Source: Candidatus Saccharimonadales bacterium (GTDB taxonomy: Bacteria; Patescibacteriota; Saccharimonadia; QS-5-54-17). Taken from it: a DNA stretch of 64,000 nucleotides. The position numbers and the translations under genes are program-made. Below the pieces are notes generated by a model. That model worked only from the letters and a program-made list of their open reading frames with translations. It searched no databases and was not told the DNA's origin. This document shows, piece by piece, positions 19,711-30,463 of the stretch (position 1 is its first letter; the number at the start of each line of letters is the position of its first letter). The DNA lies in assembly GCA_040876925.1 (NCBI GenBank), contig JBBDOS010000004.1, positions 37,330 through 101,329 of the forward strand, written 5' to 3'.

Positions 19711-20742
19711 ATGGTAAAAGCTAATCGACTACTAGCTCATGATATAGGGATAGATTTGGGTACCGCCAACACCTTGGTTTATGTTCGTAGCCAAGGTGTT
19801 GTTATAGATGAGCCCAGCGTAGTATCAATAAATAAAAAAACCAAAGAACTTATCGCTATAGGTCATAAAGCTAAAGATATGGTAGGCAAAACTCCCGAGC
19901 AGATAATTTCTATGAGACCTTTGATAGATGGGGTGGTTAGTGACTTTGAAATTACAGAACAAATGTTACAATATTTCATCAAAAAAGTTCATAAGGATTA
20001 TCCAGTTTTATGGCAGAGACCTAGACTGGTGATTGGTATTCCTTCTGGTGTGACTGAGGTAGAGAAACGAGCTGTAGCTGGTGCTGGTACGGGAGCTGGT
20101 GCCAGGGAGACTTACCTTATTGAGGAGCCGATGGCAGCTGCTATAGGGTGTCGCTTGCCAGTTACGTCTTCTACAGGATCTATGATAGTAGATATTGGCG
20201 GTGGCACTACTGAAGTAGCAGTTATATCGTTAGGTGGCATAGTCTTATCTAGATCACTACGTACAGCCGGAGATGAACTTAATGAAGCGGTCATGCAGTA
20301 TATGCGCGATGAATTTGGTATGAGTGTTGGTGAGCGCACAGCGGAGAATATAAAGATCAACATTGGTAGTGCTCATCCACTAAAGACTGTTCAGACTATG
20401 CCAGTACGGGGCAGAGATTTAGTCACTGGCATGCCTAAAGAAATGACGATTTCCTCTGATCAGATAAGGTTATCACTAATGAAAACCTTACGTCAGATAG
20501 TAGAGGCTGTAAGTATAACTCTAGAAGAAACACCCCCTGAGCTAGTGGGAGATATTATGGATTCAGGCATAGTGCTAACTGGCGGTGGCGCTTTGCTGCA
20601 GCATCTAGATCAATTAATCGCTCAAGAAACTAAAGTTAAAACTATAGTAGCTGACGAGCCATTATCTAGCGTAGTCCATGGCACCGGCCTAGTTTTAGAA
20701 GATATTGACGAGTACCTGCAGATACTTATTCGTGAGGAATAA
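19711..20742 (+). CDS. mreB: rod shape-determining actin homologue MreB
   Basis: DIGIDLGTANTLVYV phosphate-1 motif, IDIGGGTTEVAV phosphate-2 and GIVLTGGGALL adenosine motif. Confidence 0.93.
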   Translation: MVKANRLLAHDIGIDLGTANTLVYVRSQGVVIDEPSVVSINKKTKELIAIGHKAKDMVGKTPEQIISMRPLIDGVVSDFEITEQMLQYFIKKVHKDYPVLWQRPRLVIGIPSGVTEVEKRAVAGAGTGAGARETYLIEEPMAAAIGCRLPVTSSTGSMIVDIGGGTTEVAVISLGGIVLSRSLRTAGDELNEAVMQYMRDEFGMSVGERTAENIKINIGSAHPLKTVQTMPVRGRDLVTGMPKEMTISSDQIRLSLMKTLRQIVEAVSITLEETPPELVGDIMDSGIVLTGGGALLQHLDQLIAQETKVKTIVADEPLSSVVHGTGLVLEDIDEYLQILIREE

Positions 20743-20817
20743 AAGCTAAAATTATGACCTCTTAACATGTAGAGAGCCTGGCTTCAAGGGTGGCTAAATA
20801 GTATAATTTTAAGCTAT

Positions 20818-21585
20818 ATGAACAAGACAAAAGTGATCGTACTATCAGCAATAGCAATAATGTCGTTACTGCTGTTTATGATAGGTGCAGAATTTAAGCC
20901 ATTAGCAAACATTATTAATCCATTAGGGCAGAGGCTGCACAATATTGGTGTTCGAATTAACTCTGCTTCTAGCGAGCTTTTTCAAATAGGTACGTTAAAT
21001 AGTGAAATTAACCAGCAACAGGATCAGATAATTAAACTGCAACAACAGTTAGTAGACCAGCAATTATTAGAGCTAGAAAACAAACAACTTAGAGAAGAAC
21101 TGGGATTTATCAAGCAATCTGATTTTAGTTTCATACCAGCAGATGTTATTAATAATCACCCGGATCAATCAAGAAGGATGATACGTATTAATCTAGGTAG
21201 CGATGACGGTGTAGAGACTGATATGAGTGTTGTTTCTCGAGGGGTCTTAGTCGGAGTTATTGATGATGTTAGCAGTAGTTACTCCAGGGTAGTATTAGTT
21301 AATGATATTGATTTCAGAGCCTTGGTAGATGTCGGTGAATTAGATGGGGTATTAAGAGGCTATCCTGGTGGAGGGTTGGTGGTAGATAGGCTACTTGCCA
21401 ATAACGATATAGCTCCTGGAGACTTAGTTTATACTAACGGTAGAGATGGGATTCATCCTAGGGGGTTGTTGGTGGGAGCTATCAATAGTATTAACTCTGA
21501 ATCAGGGGATATCTTTAGTAGCGCCACTATAGAATATGCCTTGCCTAGCCAAAGATTAACATCGGTACTAGTAATACATGAGTAA
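20818..21585 (+). CDS. mreC: rod shape-determining protein MreC
   Basis: N-terminal TM, coiled-coil (QQQDQIIKLQQQL...), C-terminal beta-domain. Lies between mreB and mreD. Confidence 0.7.
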   Translation: MNKTKVIVLSAIAIMSLLLFMIGAEFKPLANIINPLGQRLHNIGVRINSASSELFQIGTLNSEINQQQDQIIKLQQQLVDQQLLELENKQLREELGFIKQSDFSFIPADVINNHPDQSRRMIRINLGSDDGVETDMSVVSRGVLVGVIDDVSSSYSRVVLVNDIDFRALVDVGELDGVLRGYPGGGLVVDRLLANNDIAPGDLVYTNGRDGIHPRGLLVGAINSINSESGDIFSSATIEYALPSQRLTSVLVIHE

Positions 21586-22117
21586 ATACAAGGATAGCGA
21601 CCAATCTATAATTTCCATTTTGCTCAGCTCACATCTTGATCGCTATAAACAAATAGCTTGGGTAATAGTTGCCTTCTTGGCAGTCATGATAGAGGGATAC
21701 TTGCTGCCGGCACTAATATTAACGCCGCCATCTTTACTAATTGTAATTATTATCCTAACTGTTTATGGGTTAAAGATTAGTTTATGGCCAAATATTTTAG
21801 TTCTAGTTTTATTCTTAGGTCTTATTCTGGACTTATCATATCTGGAGCCAGTTGGGATTAATATGATAGTAGCTTTAGTGATAGTGGGTATGGTTCATCT
21901 CTGGGATAGAGTAGGCTTTTTAGCTCCTCAGCTAGCTCGCTTGTTAGTTGTTATATTAACTATTGTATTGGTTGAGGTCCTGATTAAGGCTGCTATTTTG
22001 TATCTGGCAGGCACTTTATTCTTCGATATAAGCCAAACTATCTATACTGTCTTGATTCGTACAACTTTAACTACTCTACTGACCTGGCTATCGCTAAAAT
22101 TTGTTTTACGCAAATAA
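21578..22117 (+). CDS. mreD: MreD-like small polytopic membrane protein
   Basis: 179 aa with 4-5 TM helices; overlaps the mreC stop by 8 nt and precedes PBP2. Assigned by operon context. Confidence 0.6.
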   Translation: MSKYKDSDQSIISILLSSHLDRYKQIAWVIVAFLAVMIEGYLLPALILTPPSLLIVIIILTVYGLKISLWPNILVLVLFLGLILDLSYLEPVGINMIVALVIVGMVHLWDRVGFLAPQLARLLVVILTIVLVEVLIKAAILYLAGTLFFDISQTIYTVLIRTTLTTLLTWLSLKFVLRK

Positions 22118-22176
22118 TTTATCTTAAATGAGCTAAGTTTTTAGGCAGTGTAGAGTGGGGGTATATAATATTAAAT

Positions 22177-24114
22177 ATGAGAAAGCTTAGACTAAAACAA
22201 AACCTAAGAATAGACGGCATATCTAGTAAAGCCCATCTAGATAGTGATATTAAACGTTCTAGTATCTGGGCAGATAGTTTAGTTGTAGGTGGTTATAATT
22301 CTCAGCAAGCTACTTCAGCACCCATAATCAATAAACCAGCTATCATCTCCATATTATTAGTAGCAGCTATTTTGCTCATGGCTCTATTCTGGCAACTATT
22401 TAATTTGCAAATAGTGGAAGGGGAGAGAATGTTAGGTATAGCTGAGGGTAATCGAGTACGTCAACATGTAGACTTGAGTCCTAGGGGTAGAATCGTTGAT
22501 CGTAATGGGGTTGTTCTAGCCAGCAATACTGCTAGCTTCCAATTGTCTATACTCCCTCATCTACTACCTGATAATTCCGATGAAAGACAGCAGCTGTATC
22601 AGGACGTAACCAAGTATCTAGATATTACCGTAGATGAGATAGAAGGTATCTTAGTAGAGAAGAGCGCGGATTACACAGGCATGATATTAATAGCTGAGCG
22701 TATTGATAGAGAAACTGCTTTGATACTAGAGAGCGTATTGCCTGAACATGGTGCTTTTAGTTTAAGTGCTATGCCTATTAGAGAATATAAATCAGATGCA
22801 GCTTTGTCGCACATATTAGGTTATGTTGGACGAGTTTCCCAAGCTGATTTAGATGCTAAAGCAGATTTATACCCACTAGATTTTATTGGTAAATCTGGGA
22901 TTGAAGCTCAGTATGATGATATTTTAAGAGGCTCAAATGGAGTCATAGAAACAGAAGTAGATTCTTCTGGTAGGCCACTTAGAACTATTCAAGAAGTATC
23001 GGGTGTTACTGGAAGGGACGTGGTCTTAAGTATTGATTATGAACTACAAAAACAGTTAAAAGAATCGTTAGAAAAATACATGAAGGAAGCAGATAGCAAC
23101 CAGGCTTCTGGTGTGGTTATGGATGTTAATAGCGGAGATATTTTAGCTAGCGTATCTTTGCCGGCTTATGATAATAACTTATTCGCTAAAGGCATTGAGC
23201 CTAATGAATATCAGGACTTAGTATCTAATTCTGGTATGCCAATGTTTAATCGAGTCATATCAGCTGGCTATCCTACTGGCTCTACTATCAAACCTATTAC
23301 ATTAACGGGGGCATTAGAAAATAATGTGGTTGATGAGAATACAATTATTAACGACGTAGGTAGAATAGTTTTAACTAGCCAATATGATCCGTCTGCGACT
23401 TTTGAGTTTGCTAGCTGGAACCCCAATGGCTTAGGCCCGATGGATGCCAGGAGCGCCATAGCTATGAGTTCTAATATATATTTCTATACTGTAGCCGGTG
23501 GATACCAGTCCTTTAACGGTATGGGTATAAGCGCACTAGAGAAAACATATCGGATGTTTGGACTGGGTGCCAGAACTAATATAGATATACCAGGAGAGTC
23601 TACCGGAATGGTGCCTTCGCCAGCATGGAAGGAAGACCAAATTGGAGAAGCTTGGTTCACAGGTGACACCTATAACCTAGCTATAGGACAAGGCTTTTTA
23701 TCAGTATCACCATTACAGTTAGCTAGAGCCTACGCAGCTATTGTAAATGGCGGCAAGTTAATTCAACCAAGATTGAATACGGGTACAGATACAGTAATAA
23801 GCGATAGATTAAATGTAGATCCTAAACATTTTAAAATAGTTCAAGAGGGAATGTTGCAGGTTCTTTCTTCTCAAGGCACTGCCTCACCAGCTATATTTGC
23901 TAATGTTAACGCTACAGTAGCTGGTAAAAGCGGTACAGCTGAGACTAATCCCGAAGAAGAGGATAGTAGGCCGCATGCTTGGTTTGGCGCTTACGCACCA
24001 TATGAGAATCCAGAGATTGTCTCAGTAGTTATGTTAGAAGAAGGAGAAAACGGTACTCTATATGCTGCACCAGTAATATCTGAAGTATTTGCCAAACATT
24101 TTGGCAGTTCTTAA
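22177..24114 (+). CDS. mrdA: penicillin-binding protein 2 (class B transpeptidase, elongasome)
   Basis: N-terminal TM plus dimerisation domain. Transpeptidase motifs STIKP (SxxK), SSN and KSGTAE (KTG-like). Context mreBCD-PBP2. Confidence 0.88.
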   Translation: MRKLRLKQNLRIDGISSKAHLDSDIKRSSIWADSLVVGGYNSQQATSAPIINKPAIISILLVAAILLMALFWQLFNLQIVEGERMLGIAEGNRVRQHVDLSPRGRIVDRNGVVLASNTASFQLSILPHLLPDNSDERQQLYQDVTKYLDITVDEIEGILVEKSADYTGMILIAERIDRETALILESVLPEHGAFSLSAMPIREYKSDAALSHILGYVGRVSQADLDAKADLYPLDFIGKSGIEAQYDDILRGSNGVIETEVDSSGRPLRTIQEVSGVTGRDVVLSIDYELQKQLKESLEKYMKEADSNQASGVVMDVNSGDILASVSLPAYDNNLFAKGIEPNEYQDLVSNSGMPMFNRVISAGYPTGSTIKPITLTGALENNVVDENTIINDVGRIVLTSQYDPSATFEFASWNPNGLGPMDARSAIAMSSNIYFYTVAGGYQSFNGMGISALEKTYRMFGLGARTNIDIPGESTGMVPSPAWKEDQIGEAWFTGDTYNLAIGQGFLSVSPLQLARAYAAIVNGGKLIQPRLNTGTDTVISDRLNVDPKHFKIVQEGMLQVLSSQGTASPAIFANVNATVAGKSGTAETNPEEEDSRPHAWFGAYAPYENPEIVSVVMLEEGENGTLYAAPVISEVFAKHFGSS

Positions 24115-24177
24115 GTAGACTCCAGCCTAGTAATAGTGGTTGCTCAGGTAGGGTTAACACTATAAATAATGTAGGGC

Positions 24178-24205
24178 TTGCTAAATGGTTTCTATGTGCT
24201 AGAAT
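24178..24205 (+). promoter_or_regulatory. sigma70-like promoter for greA (-35 TTGCTA, 16-nt spacer, extended -10 TGcTAGAAT)
   Basis: Motifs seen at 24178-24183 and 24197-24205, about 50 nt upstream of the greA ATG. Confidence 0.5.
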
Positions 24206-24255
24206 TTATCAACCAGTAATATTATGTAAGAGTTTAGATAAGGCAGGAGTTTGCC

Positions 24256-24714
24256 ATGGGAAGAGCACACCATTTAACTAGTATCGGTTTAGAAAAACTA
24301 GAAGAAGAGCTATCAAAGCTTAAAGCTAGACGTTCTCAAGTAGCTGCTAAGATTAAAGAAGCTAAAGCAGAAGGTGATTTAAGCGAAAACGCTGACTATA
24401 CTAGTGCTAGAGGAGAACAGGACTATGTTCTTAGTAGAATTGCTGAAATAGAGTCCATCTTACAAAACGCAATCATCATATCTGATCCTAAGAATAATAG
24501 CGCGGTAGAGCTAGGTAATAAAGTAGAACTAACTTGTGATGGCAAGAAGGTAATATACACAGTGGTTGGTTCTCTAGAGTCTGATCCAACTGCCGGTAAG
24601 ATATCGCATGAATCTCCGATAGGTAAGGCGCTATTAGGATCTAAGGTTGGCGATGCAGTAGAGATTGTAATACCTAGCGGCAAAAGAACTTGTAAAGTTA
24701 CCAAAATCAGTTAA
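24256..24714 (+). CDS. greA: transcription elongation factor GreA
   Basis: N-terminal coiled-coil (LTSIGLEKLEEELSKLK), acidic tip (GDLSENADY) and C-terminal FKBP-like domain. Confidence 0.92.
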   Translation: MGRAHHLTSIGLEKLEEELSKLKARRSQVAAKIKEAKAEGDLSENADYTSARGEQDYVLSRIAEIESILQNAIIISDPKNNSAVELGNKVELTCDGKKVIYTVVGSLESDPTAGKISHESPIGKALLGSKVGDAVEIVIPSGKRTCKVTKIS

Positions 24715-24752
24715 TATATACCACTTAAGTCCTGTATAATAGATATTTAAGT

Positions 24753-26012
24753 ATGTTAGATATTAACTTCATTAGAGAAAATAAAGAAGCAGTCGAGGAA
24801 AGCGCTAAAAGTAGAAATGTATCAGTAGATATCAATGAGCTTTTAGATCTTGATGAGCAGCGTAGGGATTTACATAGGCAAGTTGAAGATTTAAGATCTC
24901 AGCGCAATCAACTTTCATCGCATAATTCGTCTAAACCAACCAAAGAAGATATTAAATTAGCCTCAGATATTAAAACTAAGCTAGCCAAATTAGAACCTGA
25001 ACTCAAAAACGTAGAAGATAGTTACCTAGAACTTCTACTTCAAGTACCCAATATTAATGATAAGAGCGTGCCTATTGCTGATACTGAGGATGGCAATGAA
25101 GTTATTAGTAGTTGGGGTGAGGTAACGGAGTTTGATTTTGAACCCAAAAATCATTTAGAGTTAGGCGAATCACTTGATTTAATTGATACGAAAACAGCTA
25201 GTTTCACTAGCGGCTCAAGATTTTATTATCTTAAGAATGAGGCAGTGTTATTGGAGTTTGCTCTAGTTCAGTGGTTACTAGGTAAGTATGTAGATAAAGG
25301 GTTTATACCAGTTACAACGCCACAGCTAGTTAAAGAGCATATGATGGTAGCTACTGGGTTTTTCCCAGCTGAGGAGAACGAGATTTACCATGTCAATCCA
25401 GAAGACGACGACCTGTATCTGGTAGGCACTTCAGAAGTTCCTCTGGCTGGTCTCCATATGAAAGAGCCTATCATGGCAGCGGATTTACCCAAGAGATACG
25501 TCGGTTTTTCCACCTGTTTTCGTAGAGAAGCCGGTAGTTACGGCAAAGACACCCAAGGGATACTTAGAGTACACCAGTTTGATAAAATGGAGATGTACTC
25601 TTTCACTCATCCAGACAATTCTAAAGAAGAACACGATTTCTTGCTTAGCCTAGAAGAAGAGATTCTTCAAGAGCTTAAATTGCCATATCAAGTAGTTAAT
25701 ATCTGCAGTGGCGATCTTGGCTCTCCAGCCGCTAAGAAGTATGACTGCGAGGTATGGATTCCATCCCAGGGCAAATACAGAGAGCTAACTAGCTGCTCTA
25801 ACACTACAGACTATCAGTCACGTCGAGGCGGCATTAAATATCGCAATCAAGACGGCAAGCTAGAGCATGCACATACCCTAAATGGGACTGCTATGGCTTC
25901 AACCAGAACTATAATAGCTATTCTAGAGAATTATCAAACCAAAGATGGCAGCGTTAGGGTGCCAGAGGTGCTGCAGCCATATATAAATAAGAAGGAGATA
26001 AGTATAAAATGA
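24753..26012 (+). CDS. serS: seryl-tRNA synthetase
   Basis: N-terminal coiled-coil arm; class II motifs (FRRE..., GSxxRxxxAxLE-like). Confidence 0.9.
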   Translation: MLDINFIRENKEAVEESAKSRNVSVDINELLDLDEQRRDLHRQVEDLRSQRNQLSSHNSSKPTKEDIKLASDIKTKLAKLEPELKNVEDSYLELLLQVPNINDKSVPIADTEDGNEVISSWGEVTEFDFEPKNHLELGESLDLIDTKTASFTSGSRFYYLKNEAVLLEFALVQWLLGKYVDKGFIPVTTPQLVKEHMMVATGFFPAEENEIYHVNPEDDDLYLVGTSEVPLAGLHMKEPIMAADLPKRYVGFSTCFRREAGSYGKDTQGILRVHQFDKMEMYSFTHPDNSKEEHDFLLSLEEEILQELKLPYQVVNICSGDLGSPAAKKYDCEVWIPSQGKYRELTSCSNTTDYQSRRGGIKYRNQDGKLEHAHTLNGTAMASTRTIIAILENYQTKDGSVRVPEVLQPYINKKEISIK

Positions 26013-26374
26013 TTAATTTAGATATAGCCGGCGTACATATTGAAGTAACCGATCAAATGGAGAAATACGTGGGCAAAAAGATTGGTAAATTAGATAAGTA
26101 CATGCCCAAAAATTCTCGCATCCCAACTAATGGTAAAGTTATTCTAAGTTCTGAGCAGGGTAAGGCCAGTGATAAGTATAGCGCTGAAGTAATTATTACC
26201 TACCCAGGCGGCGAGGCAACTTCTAAAGAATCTACTGTCAGTATCTATGCGGCTATCGATATAGTCGAAGAGAAGCTAAAGGCTCAGATATTAAAACACA
26301 AAGATAAAGTTCAAGATAAGTCTAGAGCCCATAAGACCTTGCGTCGATTGAAGAACTTTAGACCAAGTAGGTAA
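26009..26374 (+). CDS. hpf: ribosome hibernation promoting factor (short HPF/RaiA family)
   Basis: MINLDIAGVHIEVTDQMEKYVGKKIGKLDKY is the RaiA/HPF signature. Overlaps serS by 4 nt. Confidence 0.85.
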   Translation: MINLDIAGVHIEVTDQMEKYVGKKIGKLDKYMPKNSRIPTNGKVILSSEQGKASDKYSAEVIITYPGGEATSKESTVSIYAAIDIVEEKLKAQILKHKDKVQDKSRAHKTLRRLKNFRPSR

Positions 26375-26432
26375 TTTCTAGGGTGTTTAACCCTATAAAC
26401 TAACCCTTAATTCCTATATAGTATACGATGTA

Positions 26433-29048
26433 ATGAAGAAGATATTGACGAAGATTTTTGACCCTGGCAGTAAACAGCTGAGGCAAATTCAACCACTAGT
26501 AGATCAGACTAATGACCTAGAAGCTGGAATCAAAAGCTTAAACGATAAAGACTTAGCGGCCAAGACAACTGAATTTAAAAATCGCTTAGAAAAAGATGAG
26601 ACTCTAGATGATATTTTGCCTGAAGCTTTTGCGGTAGTTAGAGAAGTAGCTAGACGTAAACTAGAACAAAGACATTTTGACGTACAGTTACTCGGCGGCA
26701 TAGTTTTGCATAAAGGTGATATTGCCGAGATGCGTACCGGTGAGGGTAAAACTTTAGTGGCTACATTACCAATTTATCTAAACGCTCTTAGTGGTAAAGG
26801 AGTGCATCTAGTCACCGTTAATGATTATCTAGCTCGTCGTGATGCTGGTTGGATGGCAGATATTTATGCTTTCCTAGGACTTAGCGTCGGTGTCCTTACT
26901 GGTGGTAATAAGGGTTTTATATATGATCCAGAGACAGTAGATGAATCTCATAGCGATCCTAGATTGCAACCATTTCGCGAAGTCCCCAAAAAAGAAACCT
27001 ATGCTTGCGATATTGTTTATGGTACCAATAACGAATTTGGTTTCGATTATCTGAGAGACAACATGGCGCCAAATAAAGACGCTATGGTGCAACGGGAATT
27101 AAGTTTTGCCATAGTTGATGAAGTTGACTCTATCTTAATCGATGAGGCTAGGACGCCTTTAATTATATCTGCCCCGGCTGATAAGAGCACCGATACCTAC
27201 CAGCAGTTTGCTACTATTGCCAAACAGCTAAAAGAGGGTGATCACTACAGTGTGGATGAGAAACAGCGGGCAGTTAGTTTAACTGATGATGGAGTCAGTA
27301 AAGTTGAACAGATATTAGGGGTTGATAATCTTTATGATCCAGAATTTGTCCAATCTATATTCCACTTAGAACAAGCTCTCAAAGCAAAGGTTTTATTTAA
27401 GAAGGATAAAAACTATGTAGTTAGAGACGGCGAAGTGATTATAGTCGATGAGTTTACCGGCAGACTAATGGCCGGTAGACGCTATAGCGAAGGGTTGCAT
27501 CAAGCTATTGAAGCTAAAGAAGGAGTTAGGGTATTACAGGAATCTGTCACCCTAGCTACTGTCAGTTTCCAGAACTACTTTCGTTTGTATGACAAATTAG
27601 CTGGTATGACCGGTACGGCTAAAACTGAGGAAGAAGAGTTTCAAAACATCTACAATCTAGATGTAGCAGAGGTGCCCACCAACCAACCAGCCATCAGAAC
27701 TGATTTATCAGATAGAATTTACAAAACTGAAGATGCTAAATTCAATGCTATCGTCAAAGACGTGACTGAGAGGCAGGCAAGAGGTCAGCCAGTCTTAATC
27801 GGTACAGTTTCAATCGAGAGAAACGAGATTATTTCCGAAAAGCTTAGCAAAGCTGGTATAAACCATGAAGTATTAAATGCTAAGAATAACGAACAAGAAG
27901 CCGATATTATTGAGCAGGCTGGCCAGCCAGGAGTTGTCACGTTAGCTACCAACATAGCTGGTCGTGGTACAGATATAGTCTTAGGCGAAGGGGTTGTAGA
28001 ACAGGGAGGTCTGCATGTTCTAGGTTCTGAAAGACATGAATCGAGAAGAATTGACAACCAGTTGAGAGGTCGTACCGGACGTCAAGGCAATCCTGGCAGT
28101 ACCCAGTTCTATGTCAGTTTGGAAGATGAAATTATGCGGATTTTTGGCGGTGAGAGAATATCTAATTTGATGGGTTCCTTAGGTGTAGATGAGGATACCC
28201 CTATAGAAAACAATATGGTTTCTAAAGCTATAGAAAATGCTCAAAAAAGAGTAGAATCACACAACTACGACATCAGAAAAAACGTGCTGCAGTATGACGA
28301 TGTTATGAATCGTCACCGTGAAGCTATTTATGCCAGGCGCCGCAACATACTAGAGGAAAAGCCACTTAAAGAAGATATATTAGCTATGGTTGATGGTGAG
28401 ATTCGTCACGCCATAGAAGTCCATAGTGACGTAGAGGATGAGGAGATTAAGCGACCAGATTTATTTAAATATCTAGGTGGTTTTATCCAAGTTAAGGAAT
28501 CAGAATTTAAGGACGTTGATGATAATGATCTAGTCGATAAGCTAACAGAAAAGGCCAGGAAACTATATGAAGCCAGAGAGAAAGAGTTTGACGAAGAAAT
28601 AATGCGCACTATTGAAAGGCATACCTACTTACAAGCTCTTGATAGATTATGGATGGATCATCTAGAAGCTATGGATCACTTGCGCCAAGGTATCCATTTA
28701 CGCAGTGTCGGTCAGCGCGACCCACTAGTAGAATACAAGAAAGAATCTCATATCATGTTTAACAATCTAGAAGCTAATATTGAGCGAGAAGTAGCTACTA
28801 CCATATACCGCATGGTGCCCAGGCAACAAACAGCAGAAGAGGCTCAGGAAACGGAGCTAACTAGAGCCGCTGAAAATGCTCAGATATTTAGGAGTAATAA
28901 TGGTGGTCAAGGCTCTTCACGAGGCAGCGGCACTGTCGCTACAGTTCGTAAGGGCGATAAGGTAGGGCGTAACGATCCTTGTCCGTGCGGTTCGGGGTTG
29001 AAATATAAGAAATGCGCTCTAATTAATGCGCCGGAACATAAAGGGTAA
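26433..29048 (+). CDS. secA: preprotein translocase ATPase SecA
   Basis: 871 aa with DEAD-like motor motifs (MRTGEGKTLV, DEVDSILIDEART, TNIAGRGTDIVLG) and a C-terminal zinc finger (CPCGSGLKYKKC). Confidence 0.95.
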   Translation: MKKILTKIFDPGSKQLRQIQPLVDQTNDLEAGIKSLNDKDLAAKTTEFKNRLEKDETLDDILPEAFAVVREVARRKLEQRHFDVQLLGGIVLHKGDIAEMRTGEGKTLVATLPIYLNALSGKGVHLVTVNDYLARRDAGWMADIYAFLGLSVGVLTGGNKGFIYDPETVDESHSDPRLQPFREVPKKETYACDIVYGTNNEFGFDYLRDNMAPNKDAMVQRELSFAIVDEVDSILIDEARTPLIISAPADKSTDTYQQFATIAKQLKEGDHYSVDEKQRAVSLTDDGVSKVEQILGVDNLYDPEFVQSIFHLEQALKAKVLFKKDKNYVVRDGEVIIVDEFTGRLMAGRRYSEGLHQAIEAKEGVRVLQESVTLATVSFQNYFRLYDKLAGMTGTAKTEEEEFQNIYNLDVAEVPTNQPAIRTDLSDRIYKTEDAKFNAIVKDVTERQARGQPVLIGTVSIERNEIISEKLSKAGINHEVLNAKNNEQEADIIEQAGQPGVVTLATNIAGRGTDIVLGEGVVEQGGLHVLGSERHESRRIDNQLRGRTGRQGNPGSTQFYVSLEDEIMRIFGGERISNLMGSLGVDEDTPIENNMVSKAIENAQKRVESHNYDIRKNVLQYDDVMNRHREAIYARRRNILEEKPLKEDILAMVDGEIRHAIEVHSDVEDEEIKRPDLFKYLGGFIQVKESEFKDVDDNDLVDKLTEKARKLYEAREKEFDEEIMRTIERHTYLQALDRLWMDHLEAMDHLRQGIHLRSVGQRDPLVEYKKESHIMFNNLEANIEREVATTIYRMVPRQQTAEEAQETELTRAAENAQIFRSNNGGQGSSRGSGTVATVRKGDKVGRNDPCPCGSGLKYKKCALINAPEHKG

Positions 29049-29060
29049 TTTTTAAATACT

Positions 29061-30386
29061 ATGAGCAAGGTAGCAATCCTAGGATTTGGCATAGAAGGTA
29101 AGTCTGCTTATCTCTATTTTAAGTCTTTAGATCATGAGATTACTATCTGTGATAACAATGAGGATTTAGAGTTGCCTGCAGGGGTCAACTCTCAATTAGG
29201 AGCTAACTATTTAGATAACTTAGACAAATTTGATTTAATCATCAGATCTCCAGGAGTGTTGCCATATAGTTTTGAGACTAAAACCGAAGTCACTACTGTT
29301 ATGAATGAGTTTTTAGCTAGAGCTAGAGCCAAAAAGATAATAGGTGTGACTGGCAGTAAGGGTAAAGGCACTACGACAGCTCTTATTGATGAGATACTAA
29401 AAACTGCTGATTTAAGCACTTTTCTTGGTGGCAATATCGGCACTCCACCACTAGATTTTATCAATCAAGTTACAGTAGATGATTATGTTGTCTTAGAGAT
29501 GAGTAATTTACAGCTTTGGGATATTAAACACAGTCCAGATATTGCAGTGCTATTAATGATAACTGCTGATCATATGGATTGGCACAGAGGCAATATGGAT
29601 GAGTACGTGGCTATTAAAGGTAATATTACTAAATTTCAAGATAGTAATGGCTTACTTATCCATCACCCCAGCAATGAATATGTTTTAAATATAGCTAGAA
29701 GTAGTAAAGCTAGAGCCAGGAAGTTTCTGGATGTTCAGTCTGCCTGGGTTGATAAGGGCATGATTATGTATCAGACTAAAGCGATTTGTAGCAGAGATGA
29801 AATTAACTTAATCGGTGATCACAATTTAGAGAATGTCTGTGCAGCTATAGCTGCTAGTTGGGATATATTAATGGATGAACTGGGAGATGAGACTAAGACG
29901 ATAGCAGTGCTAAAAGAAGCTCTCAAAAGCTATCAAGGATTACCTCATAGACTAGAGTTAATAACCCAAAAAGGCGAGATTAGATTCTATGATGATTCTA
30001 TCGGCACTACTCCCGAAGCTACCATAGCAGCAATTAGAGCTTTTAATGAAGATAAAGCTTTGATTATGGGTGGGTCAGATAAAGGAACAGACTTTGATGA
30101 ACTAGCTAAAGTTATCGCAGCTGATAAACAGATTAAATCAATATCACTAATTGGCAGTACGACTACTAAGATTAAAAAGTCTTTATTAGCAGCCAGTTAT
30201 AGTGGTGAGCTTCACGAGGTTGCCGGCAACGCTAATGAGGTGATGCTGAAGGCTGTATATCTAGCCAATTCATCCTTAGCAGGTAAGGGGGTAGTGCTAT
30301 TAGCGCCAGCCTGTGCTAGCTTTGATTTATTCAAGGACTATCAGGCAAGAGGCGAAGAATTTAAAAACGCTGTAGCCAGTATTTAG
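29061..30386 (+). CDS. murD: UDP-N-acetylmuramoyl-L-alanine--D-glutamate ligase
   Basis: MurD N-terminal Rossmann (VAILGFGIEGKS), Mur ligase P-loop (GVTGSKGKGTT) and C-terminal domain. Located outside the dcw cluster. Confidence 0.85.
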   Translation: MSKVAILGFGIEGKSAYLYFKSLDHEITICDNNEDLELPAGVNSQLGANYLDNLDKFDLIIRSPGVLPYSFETKTEVTTVMNEFLARARAKKIIGVTGSKGKGTTTALIDEILKTADLSTFLGGNIGTPPLDFINQVTVDDYVVLEMSNLQLWDIKHSPDIAVLLMITADHMDWHRGNMDEYVAIKGNITKFQDSNGLLIHHPSNEYVLNIARSSKARARKFLDVQSAWVDKGMIMYQTKAICSRDEINLIGDHNLENVCAAIAASWDILMDELGDETKTIAVLKEALKSYQGLPHRLELITQKGEIRFYDDSIGTTPEATIAAIRAFNEDKALIMGGSDKGTDFDELAKVIAADKQIKSISLIGSTTTKIKKSLLAASYSGELHEVAGNANEVMLKAVYLANSSLAGKGVVLLAPACASFDLFKDYQARGEEFKNAVASI

Positions 30387-30463
30387 ACGATGCTTTAGAA
30401 TGTATAAAACAGCTTAAAAATACCCCCTAGTATTTAATTAGGGGCAGGAGAGGTATTCTTTTC